NCBI GenBank assembly: GCA_041287865.1
Contig: JBGGMV010000008.1
Coordinates: 70,297-134,296 of the forward strand
Source: Alphaproteobacteria bacterium
GTDB lineage: Bacteria > Pseudomonadota > Alphaproteobacteria > Micavibrionales > UBA2020
Length of the DNA: 64,000 nt
Reading direction: 5' to 3'
The first letter of the stretch is position 1. Each line of letters opens with the position of its first letter. The position numbers were made by a program, and so were the translations under genes. Below are positions 26,576 to 37,083 of this stretch, one piece after another. The notes under the pieces were generated by a model. It was not told the origin of the DNA. It made no database searches and worked only from the letters and a program-made list of their open reading frames with translations.

Positions 26576-29533
26576 TTGAACATGGGCGACGAGATTATCT
26601 GGATTGTACTTTTTTTCCTGACAATCCCGTTGTTCATGTTCATTTCCTGCGTCACCATGTGGGTGCGTACCAACGCCCTCAAGGACGATCTGCGGGAATT
26701 GCGCCGCCTGGTCGACCGCCTGCGCCAGCAGCTTGACGCGGCGCTGCGTAATAAAGAAGACCTCCGCTGGGGCCAGAACACGCCGCCACAGCCGCAGCAA
26801 CCGCAAAAAGAATACAAAGAACACATCCAACCCGCGCCGCCCGCCGAAGAACCGCCCGCCGGGCATGATTTCGGCGTCTATAACTATACGGCCGATACCC
26901 CCACGCCCGCCCCGCCGCAGCAACCGGCCGGCGGTATTCCGACGGCTGCGCCGATTCCGCCAGCTTCGCCTATTCCGCCCGCGACGCCGACGCCGCGTTC
27001 CTCCGTGCCGCTGTCGTCGCCCGCGCCCGAAGTCTTCGATACCGATCAGGCCTGGGAAGACGAAGCCCCGCGCCGCCGCACGGCCGCAGCGCAGCCGCAG
27101 CGCCCGACCAGCGCCAACGTTTCAAAAACCTATGATATCCCCTCCACCCCGACCCCGCCGCAGCCGCCTGCTTCCAGCGGTTTTGAATGGCAATTCGGCC
27201 GCCGCCTGCCCGTCTGGATCGGCGGCGTGGCGATCGCGCTCTCGGGCTTCTATCTTGTCAAATATTCGATCGAGCAGGGTCTGCTGACGCGCGAGGTGCG
27301 CATCTTCCTCGGCTTTATCATGGGCTGCATCCTCATCTATGGCGCGCGCTATATCCGCCTGCAGAAGTCCGGCATGGCCGACGGCACGCGCATTGCGCAG
27401 GCTCTGGCGGGCTCGGGCGTTGCCGTTTTGTATGGCACCGTCTATGCGGCCACATCCCTTTACCACTTCCTTGCCCCGTGGCAGGGCTTCATGGGCATGG
27501 CGATCATCACGGCGCTGGCCGTGGTGCTGGCGCTGCTGCATGGCATGCCGATTGCGCTGCTGGGCCTGCTGGGCGGCTTCCTGACGCCCGCGCTGATCGG
27601 CTCGCACGATCCCAATGCGCCTTTGCTGTTTTTCTATCTCTACTGCCTTGTCACCGGCTTGTTCGCCACCATCCGCCGCCAGAACTGGTGGGTGCTGGGC
27701 ATCCCGACGGTGCTGCTCGCCTTCGCCTGGGTCGCCTTCTGGCTGGCCGGCAGCTTCCGCGCCGGTGACGGCATCTGGCTGGGCCTGTTCATCATCGCCA
27801 CCGCCGTGACCGTCGCATGGCAGTCTGCGGGGATCGAGGAAGACACGAACCATCACCGCAACGAAATGTCGGCCAGCGACTACAGCAATATCCTCAACTA
27901 TATCGTCGCCGGCGGCTCCGTCGTCCTGATGGGCACGGTCGCCACGCGCAGCGGCTTCGGCCTGCAGGAGCTGGGGCTTTATGGCCTGCTGGGCCTTGGC
28001 ACCTTCGTCATGGCCTATTTCAAGCCGCGCCTTTATCACTATGCGCCCTGGCTTTCGATGGTGGTCAGCCTTGCCATGATGGCCTTCTGGCGCGAACAGG
28101 ACAGCACCACTTACGGGCCCGTGCTCCTGGGCTTCGCCGCGCTTTACGGCCTCGGCAGCTTCTGGCTGCTGCGTGCTCGCCCCGCGCTTGAATGGGCGGG
28201 GCTGCTGTCGGCAACCGGCCTCGGCTTCTACGGCCTTGCCTATATCAGGCTGCAAAGCGAGATCTATGGCCTGCTGAACGTCGCCAATACGGGCGCCGTG
28301 CACCTCTGGGGCTTTATCGCCATCGTGCTGGTGCTGCTCTTCGCGCTGCTGACCGCGAGCGTGCTCCAGAGCTTCAAGGGCGACGAAGGCCTGCGCCAGC
28401 GCCTGCTGGCCGTTTTCGCGCTGACCACCACCGCCTTCCTCTCCATCGCGCTGACCATCGAGGTCAGGCGCGAATTCCTGCCCGTCGCCTTCGCGGCGGA
28501 AGTGCTGGCGGTCTGCTGGATCAACACCCGCGTTTCCATCACGGCGCTGCGCAAGATTGCGGCGATCCTCTTCGGCGTCTTCGTGCTGCTGATGCTGGAA
28601 CAGCTGGCGGTACTTTTCGCCGTCGTGCTCAACAGCCTCTTCGGTTATTCGCTCCGCTTCTGGCGGGACGGCCTGCCGCTGGCGCAGGACCCGATGTTCC
28701 AGCTGGGCCTGCCGATGGTCATGCTCGGCGTTTCGGCCTGGCTGATCCAGCGCCAGCGCGACGGCAAGCTGGCGGAAACTTTTGAAATGGCGACCGTGGG
28801 CCTTGGCGCGCTGCTGCTCTATTACATGACACGCCATGCCTTCAATGTGCCGGAGGACGTGCTGTTCACGAAGCCGCAGTTCTTCGAGCGCGGCATCATG
28901 ACAAACCTCTTCTTCGCCGCCGGCCTTGCCGTCGTCTACGCGGGCCGGCTGTTCTCCCGCCGCGCGATTTTGTGGAGCGGCACAGCGATCTTCCTGATGG
29001 CGCTGTTCCGCGTCATCTGGTTCGACTTCATCACGCAGAACCCGCTCTGGACCGGCCAGCCGGTGGGCGCGCAGTTCTTCATGAACAGCCTGCTGCTGCC
29101 CTATGCCCTGCCGCTCTTCTGGCTGTGGCTGGAGGAACGCCCGCAGCTGCGCCTGATGACGGTGCCGCAATCCTTGCGTAGCGGATTCACGCTGCTGCTC
29201 ATCTTCACCTTCATCTCGCTGCAGGTGCGCCAATGCTTCCACGGTTCGATCCTGAACAGTGGCCCGACCGAAAACGCCGAAATCTATGCCTATTCGGTCG
29301 TCTGGCTGGGTCTGGGCGCCTTCCTGCTGTTCCTCGGCACCAAGCGCAAGGACAAGATGATCCGCGTCGCCTCGCTGGTCGTCATGCTGCTGACCATCGC
29401 CAAGGTGTTCCTGTATGACGCCGGCAACCTCGAGGGGCTTTATCGCGTGGCCTCCTTCCTCGGCCTTGGCCTCAGCTTGCTGGCGCTCAGCTGGTTCTAC
29501 TCCCGCTTTGTCTTCGTGAAGGAGAAGGAATAA
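26576..29533 (+). CDS. large polytopic membrane protein (DUF2339-like)
   Basis: An N-terminal TM is followed by a coiled segment (LRELRRLVDRLRQQLDAAL), a Pro-rich linker, then more than 20 hydrophobic helices. The 706-aa antisense ORF is junk-like. The start could be 26576 or 26582. Confidence 0.75.
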   Translation: MNMGDEIIWIVLFFLTIPLFMFISCVTMWVRTNALKDDLRELRRLVDRLRQQLDAALRNKEDLRWGQNTPPQPQQPQKEYKEHIQPAPPAEEPPAGHDFGVYNYTADTPTPAPPQQPAGGIPTAAPIPPASPIPPATPTPRSSVPLSSPAPEVFDTDQAWEDEAPRRRTAAAQPQRPTSANVSKTYDIPSTPTPPQPPASSGFEWQFGRRLPVWIGGVAIALSGFYLVKYSIEQGLLTREVRIFLGFIMGCILIYGARYIRLQKSGMADGTRIAQALAGSGVAVLYGTVYAATSLYHFLAPWQGFMGMAIITALAVVLALLHGMPIALLGLLGGFLTPALIGSHDPNAPLLFFYLYCLVTGLFATIRRQNWWVLGIPTVLLAFAWVAFWLAGSFRAGDGIWLGLFIIATAVTVAWQSAGIEEDTNHHRNEMSASDYSNILNYIVAGGSVVLMGTVATRSGFGLQELGLYGLLGLGTFVMAYFKPRLYHYAPWLSMVVSLAMMAFWREQDSTTYGPVLLGFAALYGLGSFWLLRARPALEWAGLLSATGLGFYGLAYIRLQSEIYGLLNVANTGAVHLWGFIAIVLVLLFALLTASVLQSFKGDEGLRQRLLAVFALTTTAFLSIALTIEVRREFLPVAFAAEVLAVCWINTRVSITALRKIAAILFGVFVLLMLEQLAVLFAVVLNSLFGYSLRFWRDGLPLAQDPMFQLGLPMVMLGVSAWLIQRQRDGKLAETFEMATVGLGALLLYYMTRHAFNVPEDVLFTKPQFFERGIMTNLFFAAGLAVVYAGRLFSRRAILWSGTAIFLMALFRVIWFDFITQNPLWTGQPVGAQFFMNSLLLPYALPLFWLWLEERPQLRLMTVPQSLRSGFTLLLIFTFISLQVRQCFHGSILNSGPTENAEIYAYSVVWLGLGAFLLFLGTKRKDKMIRVASLVVMLLTIAKVFLYDAGNLEGLYRVASFLGLGLSLLALSWFYSRFVFVKEKE

Positions 29534-30102
29534 TGGAGCCGAAACCGGACAAAAAAACGGCCAAGGCCGCGGCCCGTCCCTATGGCAAGGCCGCCTACGA
29601 AGCCGCCAAGGCTGAATTCGCAGTCGATAAATGGAAGGAAAACCTTTCCGTCATGGCCGAGATACTGGCCGACCCCGCCGTGCAGCCGCTGTTCCGCGAC
29701 CCCAATATCGGCAAGGCCGAGCGCACGGAAGTGATGGAAAAGGTGCTGGACGAGATTGAGGCCTCCGACAGCCAGCGCAACTTCGTCATGACGCTGATCG
29801 AGAATAAGCGCCTGTCCCTGATGCCCTGGATTTTCCAGGCCTTCGAGGAGGAGCGCAAGAAAGACCTCGGCCTTGTCGACGTGCGCGTCATTTCCGCGAT
29901 CGAGCTCACGCCCCAGCAGGTGGCGAACACCAAAAGAATGTTATCCGAGAAATTCAACGCCAAGGCGGAACCGGTGTTCGAGGTCGATCCGGAACTCATT
30001 GGCGGCCTGAAGCTGATTATCGGCGACCGCGTCTACGACAATACGATCAAGGGCCAGCTGGAACGGCTGAAAAAGCACCTCGACAAGCCGCCCGGCGCCT
30101 GA
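29533..30102 (+). CDS. atpH: F-type ATP synthase delta (OSCP) subunit homolog, orphan
   Basis: ARPYGKAAYEAAKAE, ENKRLSLMPWIFQAFEE and VDVRVISAIELTPQQ...VDPELIGGLKLIIGDRVYDNTIKGQLERL align by eye with E. coli AtpH along its whole length. The ATG overlaps the upstream stop (TAATG) and GGAGAAGGA lies upstream. No atpA follows. Confidence 0.75.
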   Translation: MEPKPDKKTAKAAARPYGKAAYEAAKAEFAVDKWKENLSVMAEILADPAVQPLFRDPNIGKAERTEVMEKVLDEIEASDSQRNFVMTLIENKRLSLMPWIFQAFEEERKKDLGLVDVRVISAIELTPQQVANTKRMLSEKFNAKAEPVFEVDPELIGGLKLIIGDRVYDNTIKGQLERLKKHLDKPPGA

Positions 30103-30105
30103 TTT

Positions 30106-31197
30106 TTACTTCTTCAACCTTCGTCCCTTGAAGCCTGTCTTTGAAAACAGCACCGCGATCGCATGCGTGGATTCAAACTGCGACAGCACGATGGTCGTGA
30201 TCGCAAGGATGGGGATGGCGAGGAACATGCCCGGGATGCCCCAGATCATGCCCCACATCGCAAGGTTGGAGATGATGAAGATGGGCGAGAGGTTCAGGTT
30301 GTTGCCCATCAGGTAAGGATCGAGGATATGGCCGAGGAAGGCATGCGATGTCAGCAGCGTTGCCAGCACCTGCACCAGCAGCACCACATCGCCATACTGC
30401 AGCAGCGCAATCAGGCAGGGGGTGGTGACCGCCACGAAAGAACCCGCGTAGGGGATGAAGTGCAAAAAGAACGCCATCACGCCCCAGAAGCCCGCGAAAT
30501 CGACGTTGAAATGCGTCAGGATCAGGAAGGTCAGCGTTGAATCGGTAAGCGACACAAAGGCCTTCACGCCGATGTAGCGCTGAATCTTGCCGTCGATGAT
30601 CTTCAGCACCTCGCGCACGCGCGCTTCACGGGCCTTGTCGGCGAACATCAGTTTCAGCTTGCGGTCGAACCAGCGCTGTTCGTAGAGCAGGAAGCCCACA
30701 TAGAACAAAACGATGAGTGTCTTTCCCGCCATGCTGGTGAGCATCCCGGCAAAACCCGTCATCATCGCGCCGATATCGACGGTGGTCAGCACCTGCTTGA
30801 AGACGTCGTGCATCGTGGGCGTATGGTCCATCCCCAGCATGCCGGCCGCCTGCGGCAGCACGTCGGCAAGGCGTTCCTGATACTTGGGCGCCTCGCGGAT
30901 AACGTCGTTGATGTTCGATTTCACCATCGTGTAGAGGAAGAAGCCCACCGCAAAGATAACGATATGCGCCAGCAGGAAGCGCCAGAAGCGCGGCAGCTTG
31001 TATCCGCCCCGGGCCGTCAGGTAGCCCAGAAACCGCTGGATGGCGTTGATGAGGTACCAGAGAAACACGGCGATCACGAAAGGCATGATGACGGCACCCG
31101 CCATCCGGCAGATAAAGATAAAGAGGCAGACGGCGATAAAGACAAGCGCAAGCCCCTGCCCCGCGCCGATGGTGGTCTGCCGGGTTGCCGTTGTCAT
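30106..31197 (-). CDS. AI-2E family transporter (PerM/YhhT-like)
   Basis: 363 aa, polytopic. The C-terminal motif is MWGMIWGIPGMFLAIPILAITTIV. It is a paralog of the upstream gene. Confidence 0.8.
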   Translation of the reverse strand: MTTATRQTTIGAGQGLALVFIAVCLFIFICRMAGAVIMPFVIAVFLWYLINAIQRFLGYLTARGGYKLPRFWRFLLAHIVIFAVGFFLYTMVKSNINDVIREAPKYQERLADVLPQAAGMLGMDHTPTMHDVFKQVLTTVDIGAMMTGFAGMLTSMAGKTLIVLFYVGFLLYEQRWFDRKLKLMFADKAREARVREVLKIIDGKIQRYIGVKAFVSLTDSTLTFLILTHFNVDFAGFWGVMAFFLHFIPYAGSFVAVTTPCLIALLQYGDVVLLVQVLATLLTSHAFLGHILDPYLMGNNLNLSPIFIISNLAMWGMIWGIPGMFLAIPILAITTIVLSQFESTHAIAVLFSKTGFKGRRLKK

Positions 31198-32291
31198 CGC
31201 GCACCCCCCGACGCTTCGTCGGGTTCCATGTCGCCCGTTTTGGACATCAGGATCGCGATCGGGCGCGTCTTTTTAAACTGCGACATGATGATGACGGCCA
31301 TGGCCAGTATCGGCACGGCCAGAAACATTCCCGGCACGCCCCAGAGCACGCCCCAGGCGGCGATGGAGGTGATAATGAAGATCGGTGACAGGTTGAGGCT
31401 GTCGCCCATCATGCGGGGGTCGAGGAAGCTGGTGAAGAAAACCTGTATCGCCGTCAGGCCCAGCGTCAGTGTCACCAGCGACGATGTATCGCCCAGCTGC
31501 ACCAAAGCGACGATCGAGGGCAGTATCACGGCGGAGATAGATCCGACGTAAGGAATAAAGTGCAGCACGAAGGCCATCACGCCCCAGAATTCGGCGAAGT
31601 TGATGTCGAAGGCCTGCATCAGCAGCCATGTGGCAATGCCGGTCAGGGCCGAGATCAGCGTCTTCACCCAGATGTAACGCTGGATTTTGATGTCGATGTT
31701 GCGGATGGTGCGGTGCACGCGCGCCTCGGTATCCTTGTCATGCGCCATCTCGCGCAGCTTGCGGCCGAAGAACTGCTGCTCGTACAGCAAAAACCCGGTG
31801 TAGAACAAGACCACCATCGCCTTGCCGGCGAAGCCCGAGAAGATTTTCGCCAGCTCGCCCGCGAAGCCGCCGAAGTCAAAGAACGCGGTAAGGTCGGACA
31901 CGCTGGGCTGGTATTCGGGCGGGAAAGGCAATGTTGCCAGCAGCTGCGGCAGGAAGGCCTTGAAGCGTTCCTGATACACGGGCGCGGCGCGGATCACCTC
32001 GCCCACGTTCGCGGCGATCAGCTTGTAGGTAAACCAGAGACCGACGACGAGAAACGACATCGCCAGCACGAAGCACAAGAATCGGGGCAGGCTGAATCCG
32101 CCCAGCTCGATCTTGCCCAGACCCCGCGCAATGGCGTTGATGAGGTACCAGACGAAGACCGCGATGACGAAGGGGATCAGGATGGCCGCCGCCACATGCA
32201 GGATGTAGACAACAAGGCAAACAACAATAAAGCCAAGGGCATAGCTGGAGGCCAACACCGGGAAGGAGGGCCTGTGGACTGCTGTTACCAT
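31194..32291 (-). CDS. AI-2E family transporter (PerM/YhhT-like)
   Basis: 365 aa with AAWGVLWGVPGMFLAVPILAMAVII. Its stop overlaps the downstream paralog's start by 4 nt. Confidence 0.8.
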   Translation of the reverse strand: MVTAVHRPSFPVLASSYALGFIVVCLVVYILHVAAAILIPFVIAVFVWYLINAIARGLGKIELGGFSLPRFLCFVLAMSFLVVGLWFTYKLIAANVGEVIRAAPVYQERFKAFLPQLLATLPFPPEYQPSVSDLTAFFDFGGFAGELAKIFSGFAGKAMVVLFYTGFLLYEQQFFGRKLREMAHDKDTEARVHRTIRNIDIKIQRYIWVKTLISALTGIATWLLMQAFDINFAEFWGVMAFVLHFIPYVGSISAVILPSIVALVQLGDTSSLVTLTLGLTAIQVFFTSFLDPRMMGDSLNLSPIFIITSIAAWGVLWGVPGMFLAVPILAMAVIIMSQFKKTRPIAILMSKTGDMEPDEASGGAR

Positions 32292-32370
32292 ATTTTTGTG
32301 ATCCCCTGCATCTTTACCTCAGTTGACTTTAAATTAAGAGACACTAGTGTCAATCGCACAAGCGACCGCC

Positions 32371-32538
32371 ACGCGGGAGAGACTGGCTCATTTGCCGGCG
32401 CCGAAGGAGCAACCACCCCGGAAACTCTCAGGCAAAAGGACCGCGCGGCGACTTCGTTACTCTGGAAAGCGGCTATAGCCGCGCCAAAGGAGCAAGCGGT
32501 TGAAATGCCGCGGAATCTCTAAGGCAAAGAAGACAGAG
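32371..32538 (+). promoter_or_regulatory. tandem glycine riboswitch (two aptamers)
   Basis: Aptamer 1 (32371-32445): GGGAGAG...CGCCGAAGGAGCAAC...CTCTCAGGCAAAAGGACC. Aptamer 2 (32460-32538): CTCTGGAAAG...CGCCAAAGGAGCAAG...TCTCTAAGGCAAAGAAGACAGAG. Both match the conserved cores and lie directly upstream of gcvT. Confidence 0.85.
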
Positions 32539-32577
32539 CGGGGCAAGTTTCCGAACGACTATGAAAAGGAATTTGCC

Positions 32578-33708
32578 TTGGAACCAGCCCTGCAAAAAGA
32601 CGCCCCCCTCCTCAAAACGCCCCTCTGGGCGCTCCATACCGCCAAGGGCGGAAAAATGGTGCCCTTCGCCGGCTATGACATGCCGGTGCAGTACGATGGC
32701 CTCGGCGTCCTGAAAGAACACGTTCACACGCGCGAACACGCCGGCCTTTTCGATGTCTCGCACATGGGGCAGGCGATTTTGAGCAGCAGTTCAGGTGATC
32801 CCGCGATCGCGCTCGAAAAAATCGTGCCGGGCGACATTCGCGGGCTCGAAGTCGGCAAGATGCGCTACACCGTTCTGCTGAACGACAAGGGCGGCATCCT
32901 CGACGACCTGATGGTCACGCGCTGGGATGAAAAAACCCTGCTGGTGATCGTCAACGCCGCCTGCAAGGAAAAAGATTTCGCCTATATCAACAAAACCATC
33001 GGCGGCCAGACGAAACTGGAATACCTCGGCACCCGCGCGCTCGTCGCGCTGCAAGGGCCGAAAGCCGAACAGGTGGCCAGCATCTTCTTCCCCGATGTGC
33101 TGGGCATGAAATTCATGTCGGCCACAAAGACGACGTACAAAGGCCACGAGATTTTCCTGTCGCGTTCGGGCTATACGGGCGAAGACGGTTTCGAAATCTC
33201 GATCCCCGGCGGCTTCGCTGAAGCCTTCTGCAAGGAAATGCTGGAGGAACAAGAAGTCAAACTCATCGGCCTTGGCGCGCGCGATAGTTTGCGGCTCGAA
33301 GCCGGCCTTTGCCTTTACGGCCATGATATCGACGAAAACTCCACCCCCATCGATGCGAACCTGAAATGGGTTATCCCGAAACGCCGCCGCGAGGAAGCCA
33401 ATTTCCCCGGTGCCGAGAAAATTCTCAGCCAGCTGTCGGGCGGCACATATATATTGCGCGTCGGCATCAAGCCCGAAGGAGCAGCCCCCATCCGCGAAAA
33501 AACCGAGCTGTTTGTCGGCGACAAAAAGGTCGGCGTGGTGACATCCGGCGGCTTCGGCCCCACCTTCGGCGGCCCTGTCGCCATGGGTTACGTCGATGCA
33601 AACTTTGCCAAGACCGGCACGAAGCTCAACGCCATGCTGCGCGGCACCCCGCGCCCCTGCGAAGTGGCTGCGCTGCCGTTTGTGAAACACAATTACAAAA
33701 AAGATTAA
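32578..33708 (+). CDS. gcvT: glycine cleavage system aminomethyltransferase T
   Basis: LLKTPLWALHTAKGGKMVPFAGYDMPVQY is the typical GcvT N-terminus. I propose the in-frame TTG at 32578, with AAGGA 7 nt upstream. The track ATG at 32500 lies inside riboswitch aptamer 2. Confidence 0.85.
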   Translation: MEPALQKDAPLLKTPLWALHTAKGGKMVPFAGYDMPVQYDGLGVLKEHVHTREHAGLFDVSHMGQAILSSSSGDPAIALEKIVPGDIRGLEVGKMRYTVLLNDKGGILDDLMVTRWDEKTLLVIVNAACKEKDFAYINKTIGGQTKLEYLGTRALVALQGPKAEQVASIFFPDVLGMKFMSATKTTYKGHEIFLSRSGYTGEDGFEISIPGGFAEAFCKEMLEEQEVKLIGLGARDSLRLEAGLCLYGHDIDENSTPIDANLKWVIPKRRREEANFPGAEKILSQLSGGTYILRVGIKPEGAAPIREKTELFVGDKKVGVVTSGGFGPTFGGPVAMGYVDANFAKTGTKLNAMLRGTPRPCEVAALPFVKHNYKKD

Positions 33709-33723
33709 ACGAGGGAAAAACAC

Positions 33724-34098
33724 ATGACGAAAATTCTGTTCAGCGAAGACCATGAATACATCAAGATCGAAAACGGCGTCGGCACGGTCGGCATTTCCGA
33801 CTTCGCGCAAAAGGCGCTGGGCGACGTGGTTTACGTCGAATTGCCGAAGGTTGGCGCGAAGCTGACCAAGGGCGGGCAGGCCGGCGTTGTCGAAAGCGTC
33901 AAATCAGCCTCCGAACTTTATTCCCCCGTCACCGGCGAAGTGGTCGAGATCAACGGCGCGCTGACCGGCGACCCCGCGCTGGTGAACAGCGACCCGCTGG
34001 GCAAGGCCTGGTTCTTCAAGGTGAAAATTGCCAACGAAAACGAACTCACCGGCCTGAAAGACGAGAAAGCGTACAATGACTTCATTAAAGGACTTTAA
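33724..34098 (+). CDS. gcvH: glycine cleavage system H protein
   Basis: 124 aa with the lipoyl-lysine motif [18 protein letters not shown]. Confidence 0.95.
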   Translation: MTKILFSEDHEYIKIENGVGTVGISDFAQKALGDVVYVELPKVGAKLTKGGQAGVVESVKSASELYSPVTGEVVEINGALTGDPALVNSDPLGKAWFFKVKIANENELTGLKDEKAYNDFIKGL

Positions 34099-34102
34099 GC
34101 GC

Positions 34103-36988
34103 ATGCCCCAGCCGATCGCAGAACTGGAACAACGAAACGATTTTATCCGCCGTCATATCGGGCCGTCTGAGTCCGATATCGCCGCCATGCTGCGTACGGT
34201 GGGTGCATCGTCACTTGATGATCTGGTCACCAAGGTTCTTCCTGCCGCCATCCGCGAAAAAACCGCGCCCGTCACCGGTGACTCGATGACGGAACATGAA
34301 GCGCTGGCCCTGCTCGACAGCATGGCGAAGCAGAACAAAGTCTACCGCTCGCTGATCGGCACGGGTTACTACGATACGCTAACGCCGAACGTCATTCTGC
34401 GCAACGTGCTGCAAAACCCCGGCTGGTACACGGCCTATACGCCCTATCAGCCCGAAATTTCCCAAGGGCGCCTTGAAGCGCTGATCAATTTCCAGCAAGT
34501 CACGATGGACCTGACGGGCATGCCGCTCGCCAATGCCTCGATGCTTGACGAAGGCACCTCCGCCGCCGAAGCCATGACTTTGGCAAAACGTGTTGGCGGT
34601 TCGGCCAGCAATACTTTCCTTGTGTCGGACGATTGCCACCCCCAGACGATTGCTGTCGTGGAAACCCGCGCCAAGCCGCTGGGTATTCAGGTCGTTGTCG
34701 GTAAAGCCGCTGACCTTGTCGAAAAAGACGGCTTCGCCATCCTGCTGCAATACCCCGGCACGTCGGGCGCAGTTGTCGATTACGCTGCGCTGGCCGCAAA
34801 AGCGAAATCGAAGAATATCGCCGTCGCCGTGGCAACCGATCTTCTCGCGCTTACGCTTCTCAAGCCCCCCGGCGAATGGGGCGCGGATATCGTTTTCGGT
34901 TCGGCGCAGCGCTTCGGCGTGCCGCTCGGCTACGGCGGCCCGCATGCCGCTTTCTTTGCCGCGCAGGATGCCTACAAACGTTCTATCCCCGGCCGCATCG
35001 TCGGCGTTTCGGTCGACAGCAAAGGCAAGCCTGCCTATCGCCTCGCCCTGCAAACGCGCGAGCAGCATATCCGCCGCGAAAAAGCGACGAGCAACATTTG
35101 CACAGCGCAGGTGCTGCTGGCCAATATCGCGGCCTTCTACGCCGTCTATCACGGCCCCGAAGGTCTAAAGACCATCGCCACCCGCACGCACCGTCTTGCC
35201 GCGATTTTCGCGGAAGGCCTCAAGAAACTGGGCTTCCAAGTCACCACCGCGCATTTCTTTGACACCGTGACGGTTGACTGCGGCAAGCACGCGCAGGAAA
35301 TCATTTCCCGCGCGCACCAGAAAGAAATTAACCTGCGCGATTTCGGCGACGGCCGCCTTGGTGTGTCGCTCGACGAAAAATCAACCCGCGCGGAAGTCTT
35401 CACGCTCTGGCAGATCTTCTCTGGCAAGGGCGCGCTGGGCTTCAGCGTCGAGGCGCTTGACGCCAGCGTGCCGGACCAGATTCCGGCTGCGCTGAAACGC
35501 ACCTCGGAATATCTCACGCACCCCACCTTCCACCTCTATCGTTCCGAAACCGATATGCTGCGCTATCTGCGGCATCTGGAACACAAGGATATCGCGCTCA
35601 ACCGCTCGATGATCCCGCTCGGTTCCTGCACGATGAAGCTGAACGCGACAGTCGAGATGATTCCGGTGACATGGCCAGAATTCGGCAATATGCACCCCTT
35701 CGCGCCGCTCGATCAGGCGCAGGGCTATGCGGCCATGCTGAAAGATCTGGAACAGAAACTTTGCACGCTGACAGATTTCGCGGCGGTAACGCTGCAGCCT
35801 AACGCTGGATCGCAGGGCGAATATGCGGGCCTGCTGACCATTCGTGCCTATCACGAATCAAAAGGTCAGGCACACCGCAATATCTGCCTGATTCCCTCGT
35901 CCGCGCATGGCACCAACCCCGCGACCGCCGTTATGGCTGGCATGGAAGTTGTCATCACGGCTTGCGACGACAACGGCAACGTTGACCTTGGCGACCTGCG
36001 CGCGAAAGCGGCGGAGCATAAGGATAAACTGGCCGCCCTGATGGTCACCTATCCCTCCACCCACGGCGTTTTCGAGGAAGAAATCCGCGAGATTTGCAAG
36101 ATCATCCACGACAACGGCGGCCAAGTGTATATGGATGGCGCGAACTTCAACGCCATGGTGGGCCTCGCCTGCCCCGGCAAGATCGGCGCCGACGTCATGC
36201 ACATGAACCTGCATAAAACCTTCTGCATCCCGCATGGCGGCGGCGGTCCCGGCATGGGGCCCATTGGCGTCGGTGAACACCTCGCGCCCTTCCTGCCCGG
36301 CCATCCGCTGCTGGAAGGCGTGGGCGGCGAAAACGCCATCGGCCCCGTATCGGCTGCGCCCTATGGCTCGGCCTCGATCCTGCCGATCAGCTGGGTCTAT
36401 ATCGCGCTGATGGGCACGGAAGGGTTGAAGAAGGCGACGCAGGTCGCCATCCTGAACGCCAACTACATCGCCAAGCGTCTCGAAAAACATTACCCGACCC
36501 TTTATAAGGGCAAGCAAGGTTATGTGGCGCATGAATGTATCCTCGACACCCGCCCGCTGAAAACCTCGGCTGGCATCAGCGTCGACGATATCGCCAAGCG
36601 CCTGATGGATTTCGGCTTCCACGCGCCCACCATGTCCTTCCCCGTTCCCGGCACGCTGATGATCGAGCCGACGGAATCCGAAGGCAAGGCGGAGCTGGAC
36701 CGCTTTATCGAAGCGCTGACCGTTATCCGCGCCGAGATTGCCAAGGTGGAAAAGGGCGAATGGCCGCAGGGCAACAACCCGCTGGCGCTCGCCCCGCATA
36801 CGCTGGCTGACCTGACGGCGGAGAAATGGGATCGCCCCTATACCCGCCACGACGGCGCTTTCCCGGCTGCGCATCTGCTGACGGATAAATACTGGACGCC
36901 CGTCAACCGCATCGACCATGCGGCCGGCGACCGTAACCTCGTCTGCGCCTGCCCGCCGATCGAGGCTTACAGCGAAGCGGCTGAATAA
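34103..36988 (+). CDS. gcvP: glycine dehydrogenase (decarboxylating), P protein
   Basis: About 961 aa from ATG 34103 ([21 protein letters not shown]), with the PLP-lysine region [16 protein letters not shown]. The track start at 34076 would overlap gcvH. Confidence 0.95.
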   Translation: MPQPIAELEQRNDFIRRHIGPSESDIAAMLRTVGASSLDDLVTKVLPAAIREKTAPVTGDSMTEHEALALLDSMAKQNKVYRSLIGTGYYDTLTPNVILRNVLQNPGWYTAYTPYQPEISQGRLEALINFQQVTMDLTGMPLANASMLDEGTSAAEAMTLAKRVGGSASNTFLVSDDCHPQTIAVVETRAKPLGIQVVVGKAADLVEKDGFAILLQYPGTSGAVVDYAALAAKAKSKNIAVAVATDLLALTLLKPPGEWGADIVFGSAQRFGVPLGYGGPHAAFFAAQDAYKRSIPGRIVGVSVDSKGKPAYRLALQTREQHIRREKATSNICTAQVLLANIAAFYAVYHGPEGLKTIATRTHRLAAIFAEGLKKLGFQVTTAHFFDTVTVDCGKHAQEIISRAHQKEINLRDFGDGRLGVSLDEKSTRAEVFTLWQIFSGKGALGFSVEALDASVPDQIPAALKRTSEYLTHPTFHLYRSETDMLRYLRHLEHKDIALNRSMIPLGSCTMKLNATVEMIPVTWPEFGNMHPFAPLDQAQGYAAMLKDLEQKLCTLTDFAAVTLQPNAGSQGEYAGLLTIRAYHESKGQAHRNICLIPSSAHGTNPATAVMAGMEVVITACDDNGNVDLGDLRAKAAEHKDKLAALMVTYPSTHGVFEEEIREICKIIHDNGGQVYMDGANFNAMVGLACPGKIGADVMHMNLHKTFCIPHGGGGPGMGPIGVGEHLAPFLPGHPLLEGVGGENAIGPVSAAPYGSASILPISWVYIALMGTEGLKKATQVAILNANYIAKRLEKHYPTLYKGKQGYVAHECILDTRPLKTSAGISVDDIAKRLMDFGFHAPTMSFPVPGTLMIEPTESEGKAELDRFIEALTVIRAEIAKVEKGEWPQGNNPLALAPHTLADLTAEKWDRPYTRHDGAFPAAHLLTDKYWTPVNRIDHAAGDRNLVCACPPIEAYSEAAE

Positions 36989-37083
36989 TCACGGGCAACT
37001 CCTTTGCATAACCCCGCGTCGCAAGCGCGGGAACTGAAATCCATGCTTTGGCGTTAGGGACTGAACCAAGTAAACTCTCCTGC

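Noticed and set aside
27122-29242. 706-aa minus-strand ORF
   Set aside because: It is antisense to the polytopic DUF2339-like gene. The product is a charged Q/R/E/D/G string without hydrophobic structure or motifs, whereas the plus frame gives regular TM helices.
35858-36919. 353-aa minus-strand ORF within gcvP, and similar antisense ORFs in tkt/gap (47037-48588), fadD (24755-26923), ileS and ffh
   Set aside because: They are antisense to unambiguous housekeeping genes and have high-GC junk composition.
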